Shown one piece after another: positions 1 through 10,090 of a DNA stretch of 64,000 nucleotides. Under the pieces are notes generated by a model. That model worked only from the letters and a program-made list of their open reading frames with translations, searched no databases and had not been told where the DNA came from. Position 1 is the first letter of the stretch. The number at the start of each line of letters is the position of its first letter. This DNA is from an uncultured Acidobacteriota bacterium (GTDB lineage Bacteria; Acidobacteriota; Polarisedimenticolia; J045): contig CAVPCQ010000033.1 in assembly GCA_963702425.1 (NCBI GenBank), positions 1 to 64,000 on the forward strand, in the 5' to 3' direction. A program made the position numbers and the translations under genes.

Positions 1-1
1 C

Positions 2-451
2 GCCGAGGCCCGGGATCGCCTCGCCAAGGCGGATGGACTGCTCAAGAGCCTGCCCGCCGGCACCGACGCGGTGGTGAAGCGGCAGATCGTCGAAGCGTCG
101 CTCAAGGCGTTCGGGGTGCCGGTCGAGCAGATGATCGAGACCGCCTGCGAGGAGATCCAGGCGCTCGACGCCTACCAGCGCAGGGCCGGCGCTAACCTCC
201 AGGCCTTCTGCGACGCGGCGGGGCAGCGGGTCGCGACGCTGGAAGCGGAGATCCGCTCGATCCGGGCCTCGATGGACCAGGAAGTGGAGAACCAGAAGAA
301 GACGCTGGAGACCTGCAACCGGAAGAAGCTCGAGGTGCAGCACGTGCTCGAGTTCTTCGGCCCGGAAGCGGTCGGTCGCATCGTGCGGGCCTCGCCGAAG
401 TTGATCGATCCGAGCGCGCCCGGAGCGGCCGGCGGCCCGCCGGCGAAGTAG
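2..451 (+). CDS. Hypothetical coiled-coil protein, 5'-partial; first visible gene of the PspA operon
   Basis: Frame of ORF 71..451 is open back to the window edge; helical, charged sequence; ends 45 bp before the pspA-like gene. Confidence 0.7.
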   Translation, partial: AEARDRLAKADGLLKSLPAGTDAVVKRQIVEASLKAFGVPVEQMIETACEEIQALDAYQRRAGANLQAFCDAAGQRVATLEAEIRSIRASMDQEVENQKKTLETCNRKKLEVQHVLEFFGPEAVGRIVRASPKLIDPSAPGAAGGPPAK

Positions 452-496
452 CGGACGCGGGCGCGCAGCCGCGTCCCCTGAAGGAGAGCCTATCCC

Positions 497-1208
497 ATGT
501 CGGACATCTCGTTCTTCGCCCGCATCGCGAACCTCTGGAAGGGGTTCCTCTCGATCTGGATCTCCGACATCGAGAAGGAGCACCCGGAGATCGCCTACGA
601 GAACGCCATCAACTCGATGGTCGAGAAGTACACGAAGCTCAAGACGGCGACGGCGGCGATCATCCGCCGCCGCGAGGACATCGACGAGCGCCTGAAGCGG
701 GCGACGCGGAGCTGGCCCAGACCGAGGCAGAGCTCAACGCGGCCATCGAGACGGGCCAGGACGACCTCGCGGTCATCCTGATCCAGAAGAAGAACCAGCT
801 CGCGGCCCACGTCACCGAGATGAAGGCCGACATGGACACCGCGCCCAAGGACGCCGACGCGCCAAGACCTCGATCCTGCAGGTGCAGGGGGAGATCAAGA
901 AGCTGAAGGCCGAGCGCGACATGATGCTCGCGCGGATGCAGTCGGCGCAGGCGCGGATGAAGATCCAGGAGCAGCTCGACGGGCTCTCGGTCGACGCCGA
1001 GGTGAAGGCGCTGGACAACGTGCGCGAGCACATCAAGACGACGGTCGCCGAGGCGAATCTCGGCAAGGAGCTCGCCGAGACCTCGCTCGATTCGCGGCTC
1101 GAGGCACTCAAGACCCAGGCCGGGGACGTGCAGGCCAAGCAGCAGCTGGCCGAGCTGAAGGCGAAGTACGCCGCGCAGCAGGCGGCGCAGGGCCAGAAGA
1201 CGATGTGA
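497..1208 (+). CDS. PspA/IM30 (bacterial ESCRT-III superfamily) protein, interrupted by apparent frameshifts
   Basis: RBS AAGGAG before the ATG. N-terminal amphipathic helix [29 protein letters not shown], then GQDDLA in a second frame and [18 protein letters not shown]...QLAELKAK in ORF 882..1208, matching the PspA pattern. Confidence 0.8.
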
Positions 1209-1311
1209 CGGGCGTCCCGGATGCACCCGGTGCGGCCGAGTTGACGGGCAGGACTGATCGGGCGGGCACGGTCGATCAGACGAGTGTCACGGCGGTCGAA
1301 GGAGAGTACGC

Positions 1312-2935
1312 ATGAAACTCACTGGCGTCGGCAAAGGGTTCGTCACGCTCGTCATCCTCGGCGTCCTCGGGTTCGCCTTCTGGCATTACAAGGGCGACGC
1401 GATCCGCAAGTGGGTCGGCGCCGACCGGACCGCCAAGGCCGAGCCGGTCACCAAGGGCGACTTCGAGTCGCTGAAGAACGCGCCGGCCGACGCCGAGCGC
1501 GGCAAGGGCGGAGCGGCGTCGCCGGCGCGGCGCTCGCCGGCTCCGGCAAGCTCACCCGCCCGCTCGTCGTGGCGATCAACACCTGGGCCGGGCACGCGCC
1601 GGGCATCGTCTTCAACGGCGGGATGGATCCGAGCCCGGCCTCGAGCTACAGGCAGAGCTACGGCCTCGACGTGAAGTTCGTCCTGCTCGAGGACCCGGCG
1701 GCCAAGCTGGCGGCGTTCCGCAAGGGCGACATCGACATCATGTGGAACACCGTCGACAACTGGGCCCGCGAGGCGTCGATCCTCGCCGAGCAGTCGCGAA
1801 GGCGAAGTCGTTCATGATGCAGGACTGGTCGCGCGGCGGCGACGGCATCGTCTCCCTCGCCTCGATCAAGTCGATCGAGGACCTCAAGGGCAAGAAGGTC
1901 GCCTGCACGCAGTTCACGCCGTCGCACTTCCTGCTGCTCTACCTCCTCTCGCAGTCCGGCCTGTCGCCGGAGGACCGCGCCGCGGTCGAGAAGAACATCA
2001 TCTTCACGCAGGACGCTCCGGCCGCCGCCGCGATGTTCAAGGCGAAGCAGGTCGACGCGGCGGTGACCTGGGAGCCGGACCTCTCCGCCGCCGTCACCGC
2101 GCGCGGCGACGAGGCGCACGTGCTCGTCTCGACGACCGCGGCGACGAACATCATCGCCGACACGCTCGTCGCGCGGCAGGACCTGATCGACCGGGCGCCC
2201 GAGACCGTCCGGGACTTCGTCCACGGCTGGTTCGAGGGGATCGAGATGATCAGGAACGACCCTGCCGCGTCGTACGCCGTCGTCGGCAAGGCGCTCAAGC
2301 TGGACGAGGAGACCGTCTCGGGGATGCTCTCCGGCCTCAAGCTGACCCCGTTCGCCGACAACGCGCAGTTCTACGGTCTGACCGGCGGCAAGGCGCACTA
2401 CGAGACGCTCTTCGACACCGCGTTCGTGATCTGGCGCAAGAAGGGGCTCGTGACCAAGCCGGTCGAGGCGCGCGAGTGGGCCGACACGCGCTTCCTCTCG
2501 GGCCTCGCCGCGAGCTACCGCGCGCAGCGGGTCGAGGAGCCGACGCTCGCCGCGAAGGCGCCGTCGGCGCAGGACCGCGCGATCATCAACAAGCAGATCC
2601 AGATCCACTTCACGCCCGGTTCGGACGAGATCATGGCCGGCTCGTTCATCGTGCTCGACGCGCTCGGCGAGACGATGACCTCGTTCGGCAACACCTACCT
2701 GCGCGTCGAGGGGAACACCGACTCGACGGGAAGCGCGACCGCCAACATGTCGCTCTCCGAGCGCCGGGCGCTCGCCGTGAAGAACTACATCGTGCGGAAC
2801 TTCCCGAACATCGCCGCCGTGCGCTTCCAGACGATCGGCCGCGGGCCGGCGAACCCGGTCGCCGACAACAGCACCGAAGCCGGCCGCCAGCTCAACCGCC
2901 GGACCGACATCAAGGTCGTCCTGGCGACGGACTGA
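1312..2935 (+). CDS. Membrane-anchored NMT1/TauA-like ABC substrate-binding protein fused to a C-terminal OmpA-like peptidoglycan-binding domain (frameshifted)
   Basis: RBS AAGGAG; N-terminal TM helix; VAINTWAGHAPG, DWSRGGDGIV, AAVTWEP; OmpA motifs VEGNTDSTG, NMSLSERRA, NRRTDI. Reconstructed from ORFs 1312, 1284 and 1742. Confidence 0.8.
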
Positions 2936-2941
2936 CGCGGC

Positions 2942-3783
2942 ATGGGCCCGGAGGCGAGGGAAAGCGGAAAGAAGGCGGAGGGCGGCGGGCGCAAGCCGGA
3001 TTACTTCGCGCTGCGCGCGCCGCTGCCGAAGGCGCTGTCGCTGTGGCTCGGCCTCGTCGCCCCGGGCGTCGTGCTGCGGCCTGGTGCGTCGCCACCTACG
3101 GCGGCCTCGCCCCGCCCGACTTCCTCCCGTCTCCGACCGAGGTCGTGCGGGGCACGCTGCAGCTCTTCATGCAGCACGAGCTGGGAAGCGCGATCCTGAT
3201 CTCGACGCGGCGGATCGCGCTCGCGTTCTTCCTCGCGGCGGCGCTGGCGCTTCCGCTCGGTATCCTGATGGGCGCCTTCGAGCCCGTCAACCGGGTCTTC
3301 GAGCCGATCATGGCGCCGCTGCGCTACATGCCGATCTCGGCCTTCATCCCGCTCCTCATCCTCTGGTTCGGCATCTACGAGAAGCAGAAGATCGCCTTCC
3401 TCTTCCTCGGCGTCTTCGTCTACCTGCTGCCGGTCGTGGTGACCGCGATCCGCGCCGTGCCGGAAGAACTCGTCCAGACGGCGCTGACGCTCGGCGCCAC
3501 GAAGGCGCAGGTCATCCGCACGGTGCTCGTCCCCGCCGCCCTGCCGGAGATCTTCGACTCGTTCCGGGTGATGAACGCGATCTCGTGGACCTACGTGATC
3601 CTGGCCGAGGCGGTCAACCCCGAGCGCGGGCTCGGCTACATGGTCGAGCTGGCGCGCACGCACCAGAAGGCCTCGTGGTCGTTCGCCGGCCTGCTCGTGA
3701 TCGGCGGCATCGGCCTCTTCACCGACTTCCTGATCCGCAGCGCCTCGCAGATCCTCTTCCGCTGGCGGGAAACGACGGCATGA
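2942..3783 (+). CDS. NitT/TauT-family ABC transporter permease (frameshift near 3075)
   Basis: FLPSPTEV, PLRYMPISAFIPLLILWFGI, EAA-like loop ELVQTALTLGA, WTYVILAE. Confidence 0.85.
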
Positions 3784-4583
3784 GCGACGCGACGACCCCG
3801 GCGACCGCGCCGCCGAAGCTCTCGCTCCAGGACCTCGGCGTGACCTATCTCACGCGCGACGGCGCGGCGACCGAAGCGGTGCGCGGCGTCTCGCTCGATG
3901 TCCACGACAAGCCGGGCGGCGGCGAGATCGTCGTCTTCCTCGGGCCGTCGGGCTGCGGCAAGTCGACGATCCTCAAGGCCGTGGCAGGACTGATCCCGCC
4001 GACCCGCGGACAGGTCCTCGCCGGCGGCAAGCCGGTCACCGGCGTCGGGCGCGACCGCGGGATGGTCTTCCAGGCCTACACCTCGTTCGGCTGGCTGACC
4101 GTGCGCGAGAACGTCGAGTACGGCCTCAAGCTGCAGGGGGTGGCGCCGGACGAGCGCCGGCAACGGTCGAAGAAGTACATCGAGGAGGTCGGCCTCTCCG
4201 ACTTCGCCGACCACTATCCGAAGGACCTCTCGGGCGGGATGAAGCAGCGCGTGGCCATCGCGCGCACGCTGATCAACCGGCCGGACGTCGTGCTGATGGA
4301 CGAGCCGTTCGGGGCGCTCGACCCGCAGACGCGCTGGGGGATGCAGAGCCTGCTGCTCGACGTCTCGCGCGCCGAGGACAACACGATCCTCTTCGTCACG
4401 CACGACGTCTCCGAGGCGGTCTACCTCGCCGACACGGTCTACGTCCTCTCGGCCCGCCCGGCGCAGATCCGGGACCGCGTCGACGTGCCGTACTTCGCGG
4501 AGCGCAACATCGCGCTCAAGTCCGCGGCGGAGTTCCGCGCGGTCGAGAAGACGCTGCTCGACCTGCTCTACCGAGGGGCCTGA
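3780..4583 (+). CDS. NitT/TauT-family ABC transporter ATP-binding protein
   Basis: ATGA overlap with permease; Walker A GPSGCGKST, LSGGMKQR, Walker B LMDEPF, H-loop VTHD. Confidence 0.92.
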   Translation: MSDATTPATAPPKLSLQDLGVTYLTRDGAATEAVRGVSLDVHDKPGGGEIVVFLGPSGCGKSTILKAVAGLIPPTRGQVLAGGKPVTGVGRDRGMVFQAYTSFGWLTVRENVEYGLKLQGVAPDERRQRSKKYIEEVGLSDFADHYPKDLSGGMKQRVAIARTLINRPDVVLMDEPFGALDPQTRWGMQSLLLDVSRAEDNTILFVTHDVSEAVYLADTVYVLSARPAQIRDRVDVPYFAERNIALKSAAEFRAVEKTLLDLLYRGA

Positions 4584-4585
4584 CC

Positions 4586-5548
4586 GTGAGTTCCTCGCTC
4601 CCGCCGAAGGGACCGCCGAAGGCGCAGACCGCGTCGCGGCCGCCGCCGCGGAGCAGTACCGTGACGCCGCCCCGAACCGCCGCCTCCGCGGCGCCGGCGA
4701 AGACCGCCACCACGCCCCCCCTCACCCGCGACAACGCGACCCCGGCGACGGTCACGCGCGCCTACCTCGAGCGGCGCCCCTATCTGAGGATGGCCTTCGC
4801 CAACCCGTACAATCTCTCGCTGCTGTTCGGCACGCTGTCCATCTCGGCAATGACCTCGGAGCCGCTGCTGGCGCTCGCCGCGCTCTCGGTCGAGGCGCTC
4901 TGGCTGCTGTTCGGGCCGGAATCGAAGCTGCTGCAGCGGGTCCTGTGGGACCCGGCCCTCGAGCGCTCGCGCCGCGAGATCGAAGCGAAGGCCCGCGCGG
5001 CGCTCCTCGGCGCGCTGAACCCCGGCGAGCGGCAGCGGGTCGACGCGCTGGTCGAACGGCAGGAGCAGATCCGCAGCCTCGCCGCGCAGAACCCCTCCTT
5101 CACCGGCGACCTGTTGCGCACCGAGCTGTCCAAGACGAACCGACTCGTCGACGCCTTCGTCGAGATGGCGCTCAACTGCGCGCGGTACGAGCGGTATCTC
5201 GACTCGATCGATCCCGCGGAGCTGGAGCGGGACCGCTACCGCTACGGCGAGGCGGTGCGGACCGGCCAGCTCGACGACCAGCAGCTCCAGATCGCGCGGA
5301 AGAACTTCGAGATCGTCACCAAGCGGCTCGAGCGGATGGCGGAGATCCGGCGCTACCTCGAGGTGGCGAGAGGGCAGCTCGACCTGATCGAGAACTCGTT
5401 CCAGCTGATCGCCGACCAGATCGTCACGATGCAGTCCCCCAAGGAACTCTCCGGCCAGCTCGACGAGCTGCTCGACGGCGTCGAGGCGATCCGCGAGACG
5501 GTCCGCGACACCGAGCAGATCCTCGACACGATCGACAAGGAGCTGTGA
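4586..5548 (+). CDS. Hypothetical membrane protein: Pro/Thr-rich N-terminus, TM hairpin, long coiled coil
   Basis: Intact 320-aa ORF tightly packed in the operon; hydrophobic segment NPYNLSLLFG...LWLLFGP followed by charged helices. Confidence 0.75.
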   Translation: MSSSLPPKGPPKAQTASRPPPRSSTVTPPRTAASAAPAKTATTPPLTRDNATPATVTRAYLERRPYLRMAFANPYNLSLLFGTLSISAMTSEPLLALAALSVEALWLLFGPESKLLQRVLWDPALERSRREIEAKARAALLGALNPGERQRVDALVERQEQIRSLAAQNPSFTGDLLRTELSKTNRLVDAFVEMALNCARYERYLDSIDPAELERDRYRYGEAVRTGQLDDQQLQIARKNFEIVTKRLERMAEIRRYLEVARGQLDLIENSFQLIADQIVTMQSPKELSGQLDELLDGVEAIRETVRDTEQILDTIDKEL

Positions 5549-5550
5549 CC

Positions 5551-7404
5551 ATGGCCAGCGCTCGCCTTCTCCCGGCCTGGGCGGAGGAGCTTCGGCGGCG
5601 CTACCTGCGCAACGAAGCCTCCCTCTTCGTCCTCCACGGCAACGTCTACGACGCGGTGGTCCACGAGGGCCGGCTCTGGTCGCTCACCGATTTCCTCACC
5701 GGGGTCCTGCTGCGCGAGACCAAGGAGACGATCGCGGTCTACAACCTCGCGACCGGCGTGCGCTTCGCGAAACGCGCCCGCGTCCTGCCGGAGGTGGGAG
5801 AGCTGCTCGCCGCCGGAGGCCGTGACAAGGCCCTGCTCGCGCTCGAGCAGCTGGTGACCGCCGGAACGAAAACGGCGGCGATCCTCGAGTACGCGGAGAC
5901 GCTGGCGCCCGCGGGGGACGCGTCGTTTCAGGCCGACGCCGACCGCGCGTCGATGATCACGCTGCACCGCTGGTCGTTCCTCCCCGAGATCGAGCGCGGG
6001 GACAACGTCGTGCTGCTCATCACCGAGAACCTGACCGAGCTGTCGCCGAAGCTCGTCTCGAATCCGAAGGTCGGCGTCGTCGACATCCCGATGCCGGATC
6101 TCGAAGCGCGGCGGGCGACGGTCCGGATCGCGGACCCGACGCTGGCCGGCCCGGACGTCGACCGCTACGCGGAATTGACCGCCGGGCTCAAGGCGATCCA
6201 GATCGCGTCGATTCTCACGCCGCCGCCTGCCTCCGAGGAGGAGCGTGCGGACCGCGAGGCGTTCATCGCGACGCTGCTCGGCGGCGGATCGGACGTCGCC
6301 GAGCGGGCGAAGAAGCTCGCCACGCTGACCGCGGGGATGGTCCGCGACGAGATCCGCAAGCTCATCGCCCCCGAGGCCGGCGTCCCCGCGGCGGCGCCGG
6401 TCGACGCCGCGGAACGCGCGCGGCGCGATGCGGACCAGCTGATCGCCGCGCGCAAGCGCGACATCCTCGAGCGCGAGTGCTTCGGCCTGGTCGAGTTCGT
6501 CACGCCGGAGCACGGTTTCGAGGTCGTCGGCGGGATGGACGCGGTGAAGGAGGACCTGCGGGTCATCGCCGACAACATCCGCGAAGGACGCCGCAGCCGC
6601 GTGCCGATGGGCATCCTGTTCACCGGGCCGATGGGGACGGGGAAGACCTTCGTCGCCGAGGCTTTCGCGAAGGAATGCGGGCTCACCACGATCAAGTTGA
6701 AGAACTTCCGCTCGAAGTGGGTGGGAGCGACCGAAGGCAACCTCGAGAAGATCCTGAGCGTCATCAAGGCGATCGGGCAGGTCGTCGTGATCGTCGACGA
6801 GGGCGACCGGGCGTTCGGCAACACCGGCGAGGAGGACGGCGGCACCACCTCCCGAGTGATCGCCCGCATCAAGGAGTTCATGTCCGACACCTCGAACCGC
6901 GGGCGGATCCTGTTCCTCGTGATGACCAACCGCCCCGACCGGCTCGACCTCGACCTCAAGCGCGCCGGGCGCCTCGATCGCAAGATCCCCTTCCTGTACT
7001 CGCAGACGCCGGAGGAAGTGGAGCGGGTCGCCCGCGCCCAGTTCCGGAAGAACCGCATCAAGACGAGCCCCGACCCGCTCGACCTCGTCCCGCTGCGCGA
7101 CCGTTTCTCCGCGAAGCTCGTCGGTTACAGCAACGCCGACGTCGAGGCCGTGGTGCTGATGGCCAACGACGACGCCGCGCGCCAGGCGGGCGGCGACGCG
7201 CCCGTCACGGCGGAGCACCTCGCGGCGGCGGCGGCGGACTACTTCCCGAGCCGCGACGTCGAGCTGCTCGAGTACATGGAGCTGCTCGCGGTCTTCGAGG
7301 CCTCGAGCCGGCGCCTCCTGCCGGCGAAGTACGCGACCCTGACGCCCGAGGAGCTGGACGCGCGGATCAGGCTGCTGCGCGCGACCGTCGGCAACCGGCG
7401 CTGA
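5551..7404 (+). CDS. AAA+ ATPase with a degenerate N-terminal AAA-like domain and an intact C-terminal classical AAA domain
   Basis: Walker A GPMGTGKT, pore loop SKWVG, Walker B IIVDE, sensor/[20 protein letters not shown]. Confidence 0.9.
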   Translation: MASARLLPAWAEELRRRYLRNEASLFVLHGNVYDAVVHEGRLWSLTDFLTGVLLRETKETIAVYNLATGVRFAKRARVLPEVGELLAAGGRDKALLALEQLVTAGTKTAAILEYAETLAPAGDASFQADADRASMITLHRWSFLPEIERGDNVVLLITENLTELSPKLVSNPKVGVVDIPMPDLEARRATVRIADPTLAGPDVDRYAELTAGLKAIQIASILTPPPASEEERADREAFIATLLGGGSDVAERAKKLATLTAGMVRDEIRKLIAPEAGVPAAAPVDAAERARRDADQLIAARKRDILERECFGLVEFVTPEHGFEVVGGMDAVKEDLRVIADNIREGRRSRVPMGILFTGPMGTGKTFVAEAFAKECGLTTIKLKNFRSKWVGATEGNLEKILSVIKAIGQVVVIVDEGDRAFGNTGEEDGGTTSRVIARIKEFMSDTSNRGRILFLVMTNRPDRLDLDLKRAGRLDRKIPFLYSQTPEEVERVARAQFRKNRIKTSPDPLDLVPLRDRFSAKLVGYSNADVEAVVLMANDDAARQAGGDAPVTAEHLAAAAADYFPSRDVELLEYMELLAVFEASSRRLLPAKYATLTPEELDARIRLLRATVGNRR

Positions 7405-7517
7405 GGCCGTGGCCGCACGGTGGCCGCCCACAGGTGCCGCTCGAACGCGAGGTGCACCAACTCCATGCGTCCTTGCGCCTCGACGATGTACAACCGTCCC
7501 ATGCGTGAGCTGGTCAC
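7405..7517 (-). pseudogene. Truncated HEPN-domain toxin (N-terminal ~35 aa only)
   Basis: GTGA overlap with the MNT stop; VTSSRMGRLYIVEAQGRMELVHLAFERHLWAATVR resembles the first helix of MNT-associated HEPN proteins, then runs antisense into the AAA gene. Confidence 0.55.
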
Positions 7518-8041
7518 AGCTCCACCACCTCGCCGAAACGAAAGTCGGGCTTCAGGTCCCAGTACCAGCTTCCGTCCGCGAGAAACACGCGACGACTCCC
7601 CAGCGCATGCATCCTCGCTCTCAGCTCCGACAGGACCGATTCGAAGAACCCGCCACGGTCGAGGAGTGCGACGCCGTCCTCGACGAGATCGAGATACAAG
7701 GGGCTGTGCGTCCGGGCTTCGGCGGGCGACTTCGTGACGAGGTTCCACGTGACTGAGGGAAGTCCCGCGGCGGATCGCACGCGATCCCATTCCTCGAGGA
7801 AGGGGCGTCGACGATCGCGCAGGCTTCGTGGCAGGTCCTCGGCGATCACGAGGAGGTCGATGTCCGACGACGGCCCCGCTGCGGCGCGGGCGACGGATCC
7901 AAACAGGACGAGGGAGACCAGCCGCTCTCCGAACCGGGAGTTCCACGCCTCGGTTGCCGCCGCGAGCACCGAGCGGAAGGGCTCCGAAAGTCCCTCGGGG
8001 ATTTGCGGCTTGGCTACCGGGGCTGCGTCCACGGACGCCAT
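7514..8041 (-). CDS. Minimal nucleotidyltransferase (MNT) antitoxin-type protein
   Basis: LVLFGSVAR...SDIDLLV (GSx10DxD Pol-beta motif); C-terminal WYWDLKPD. Confidence 0.88.
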   Translation of the reverse strand: MASVDAAPVAKPQIPEGLSEPFRSVLAAATEAWNSRFGERLVSLVLFGSVARAAAGPSSDIDLLVIAEDLPRSLRDRRRPFLEEWDRVRSAAGLPSVTWNLVTKSPAEARTHSPLYLDLVEDGVALLDRGGFFESVLSELRARMHALGSRRVFLADGSWYWDLKPDFRFGEVVEL

Positions 8042-8076
8042 TGTAGGGCTCCGTGTGCTCCGCTTACAAGCTGCGC

Positions 8077-9927
8077 CTACCGGCCGCGCTGCTTGCGGAA
8101 GCGCTCGAGATCGCGCTGGACGCCCGTGTCGAGCGGATCGATCTTCTGCGCGTCCTCGAGCTGCGCGATCCCTTCGTCGAGGCGGCCGGTCTCGATCAGC
8201 AGCCCGGCGAGCGCCTTGTGGGCCTGGAGCATGTCCGGGCCGGCCTCGATCGCCTTCCGGTAGGCGGCTTCCGCGCCGGCGAGGTCGCGCTTCGCGTCGA
8301 GCAGTTGTCCGATCCGCTGCCAGCCCAGCGCGTAGCCGGGATCGACGCCGACCGCGATGCGGAAGATCTCCAGCGCATTGTCGATGAAGCCCGACAGCAT
8401 CAGCGCCTGGCCGTACTGGTGCAGGAGCGAGACGTTCCGCGGATCCTGGTGCCGCAGCTCCTCGAACAACGGCAGGGAGTCGCGCGGGCGGCCCTGCTGG
8501 GCCATGTCCATCGCCTTGGAGAAGAGCGCGATGTACTCCGTGCGGTCGAGCGGGTTGGTGGCGTTCGGGTCGACGAGGTCGACGCCGGCGCGCCGGGCGT
8601 CCCGACCGCTGGCCGCGTAGCCCAGCGCCTGGAGGTCCTTCATCTGTTCGTCGGAGACTGCCGCGCTGGAATCCGAGGGCGCGGGCGCCGACGCGATCGC
8701 GCGGCGCCGCAGGTCGGTGAGCGCCTCGACGAGCGCCGGGATCTCGGCTGCACGCGCGGTCGCGAGGTCGTGCTTCTCGTGCGGGTCCTCGCCCAGGTCG
8801 TAGAGCGCGGAGCGCGGCGCCTGGATCAGCTTGGTCCGCCCCTGGACCAGCGCGCGCAACCCCGACCAGCCGTACTCGATCTGCGGCATGTAGCTCTCGG
8901 CGAACACGCCGCCCCGCTGCGGGGCCGCGCCGCGGCCGGTCAGCACCGCCGCGAGCGACAGGCCGTCCGCCCCCGGGAGCGCCGGAAGCGCGGTCAGCTC
9001 GAGCACCGTGGGTGCGAAGTCGGCCAGCGAGACGGGCGCGTCGACGACCGCCGGACGGATCCCCCACGCCGGGCCGTGCGCGATCAGCGGGACGCGCATC
9101 ACCTCCTGGAACAGGAAGATGCCGTGGGTCGCCTCGCCGTGATCGCCCAGCCCCTCGCCGTGATCGCTGGCGACGACCGTCAGCACGCGGCCGCGGCCCG
9201 CGTCGTCGATTCCCGAAAGCAGGCGGCCGAGCACCGCATCCGCCGCGGCGACTTCGCCCTGGTAGGGGTCGCCGGCGTGACGCGCCGCGATCTCCGGCGG
9301 CGGCGCGTAGGGCGTGTGCGGCTCGAACAGGTGGACCCAGAGGAAGACCGGCTTCGACTTCGGAACGGTCGCGAGCCAGGCCAGCGCCGCCGCGGCCGTC
9401 TCGTTCCCCGCGCGCTCGGCGAATCCGGTGACACCGCTCCGGCGCGAGGCGGGGAGCGTGATCCGATCATCGAAGACGTCGAAGCCGCGACCGAAGCCCA
9501 GCTTCGAGGACAGGAGCTTGGTCGAGACGAACGCACCGGTCGCGTAGCCGGCCTTCCGGAAGCTCTCCGCGGCGACCGGGACCGACTCCGCGAGCGAGAA
9601 GCCGCTGTTGCTCAGCACGCCGTGTCCCGGAAGCGAGCGCCCGGTCAGGATCGACGCGTGGGCGGGGATCGTGATCGGCGCCGTGGTCTGCGCGGCGTCG
9701 AACCGGACCCCTTCGGCCGCCAGACGGTCCATCACCGCGGTGTCCGCGCCGGACCGGCCGTAGCAGCCGACCCGGTCCGCGCGCAGCGTGTCGATCGTGA
9801 CCAGGACGATCGTCGGGGCGTCGCCGCGGCTCCCGCCGCCGCAGCCCGTGCCGGCGAGCAGGAGCGCGAAGAGAAACAGCGTGCAGAGCGCGTGAATCGA
9901 GCGCGGGCGGGGCCTCGAGCGGGTCAT
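8077..9927 (-). CDS. Sulfatase-like hydrolase with C-terminal TPR repeats, probable lipoprotein
   Basis: Lipobox-like LAGTGC; VTIDTLRAD, TIPAHASILTG, HLFEPH, SDHGE; TPR-like C-terminus. Confidence 0.88.
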   Translation of the reverse strand: MTRSRPRPRSIHALCTLFLFALLLAGTGCGGGSRGDAPTIVLVTIDTLRADRVGCYGRSGADTAVMDRLAAEGVRFDAAQTTAPITIPAHASILTGRSLPGHGVLSNSGFSLAESVPVAAESFRKAGYATGAFVSTKLLSSKLGFGRGFDVFDDRITLPASRRSGVTGFAERAGNETAAAALAWLATVPKSKPVFLWVHLFEPHTPYAPPPEIAARHAGDPYQGEVAAADAVLGRLLSGIDDAGRGRVLTVVASDHGEGLGDHGEATHGIFLFQEVMRVPLIAHGPAWGIRPAVVDAPVSLADFAPTVLELTALPALPGADGLSLAAVLTGRGAAPQRGGVFAESYMPQIEYGWSGLRALVQGRTKLIQAPRSALYDLGEDPHEKHDLATARAAEIPALVEALTDLRRRAIASAPAPSDSSAAVSDEQMKDLQALGYAASGRDARRAGVDLVDPNATNPLDRTEYIALFSKAMDMAQQGRPRDSLPLFEELRHQDPRNVSLLHQYGQALMLSGFIDNALEIFRIAVGVDPGYALGWQRIGQLLDAKRDLAGAEAAYRKAIEAGPDMLQAHKALAGLLIETGRLDEGIAQLEDAQKIDPLDTGVQRDLERFRKQRGR

Positions 9928-10090
9928 GGGGCGGGAGGATAGCAGCCTGGCGAGCGCCGCGCCCCGGCGGGGCCGCGGGAGCGCGGCGCGAAGAAATCGG
10001 TGCCAGGCGGGCCGGATCCCTGTAATAGACTGACCTGATGCAGCGTTACTTCCGGACAGGACGGCGCCTTTCGGCGCATCGCGACCACAA

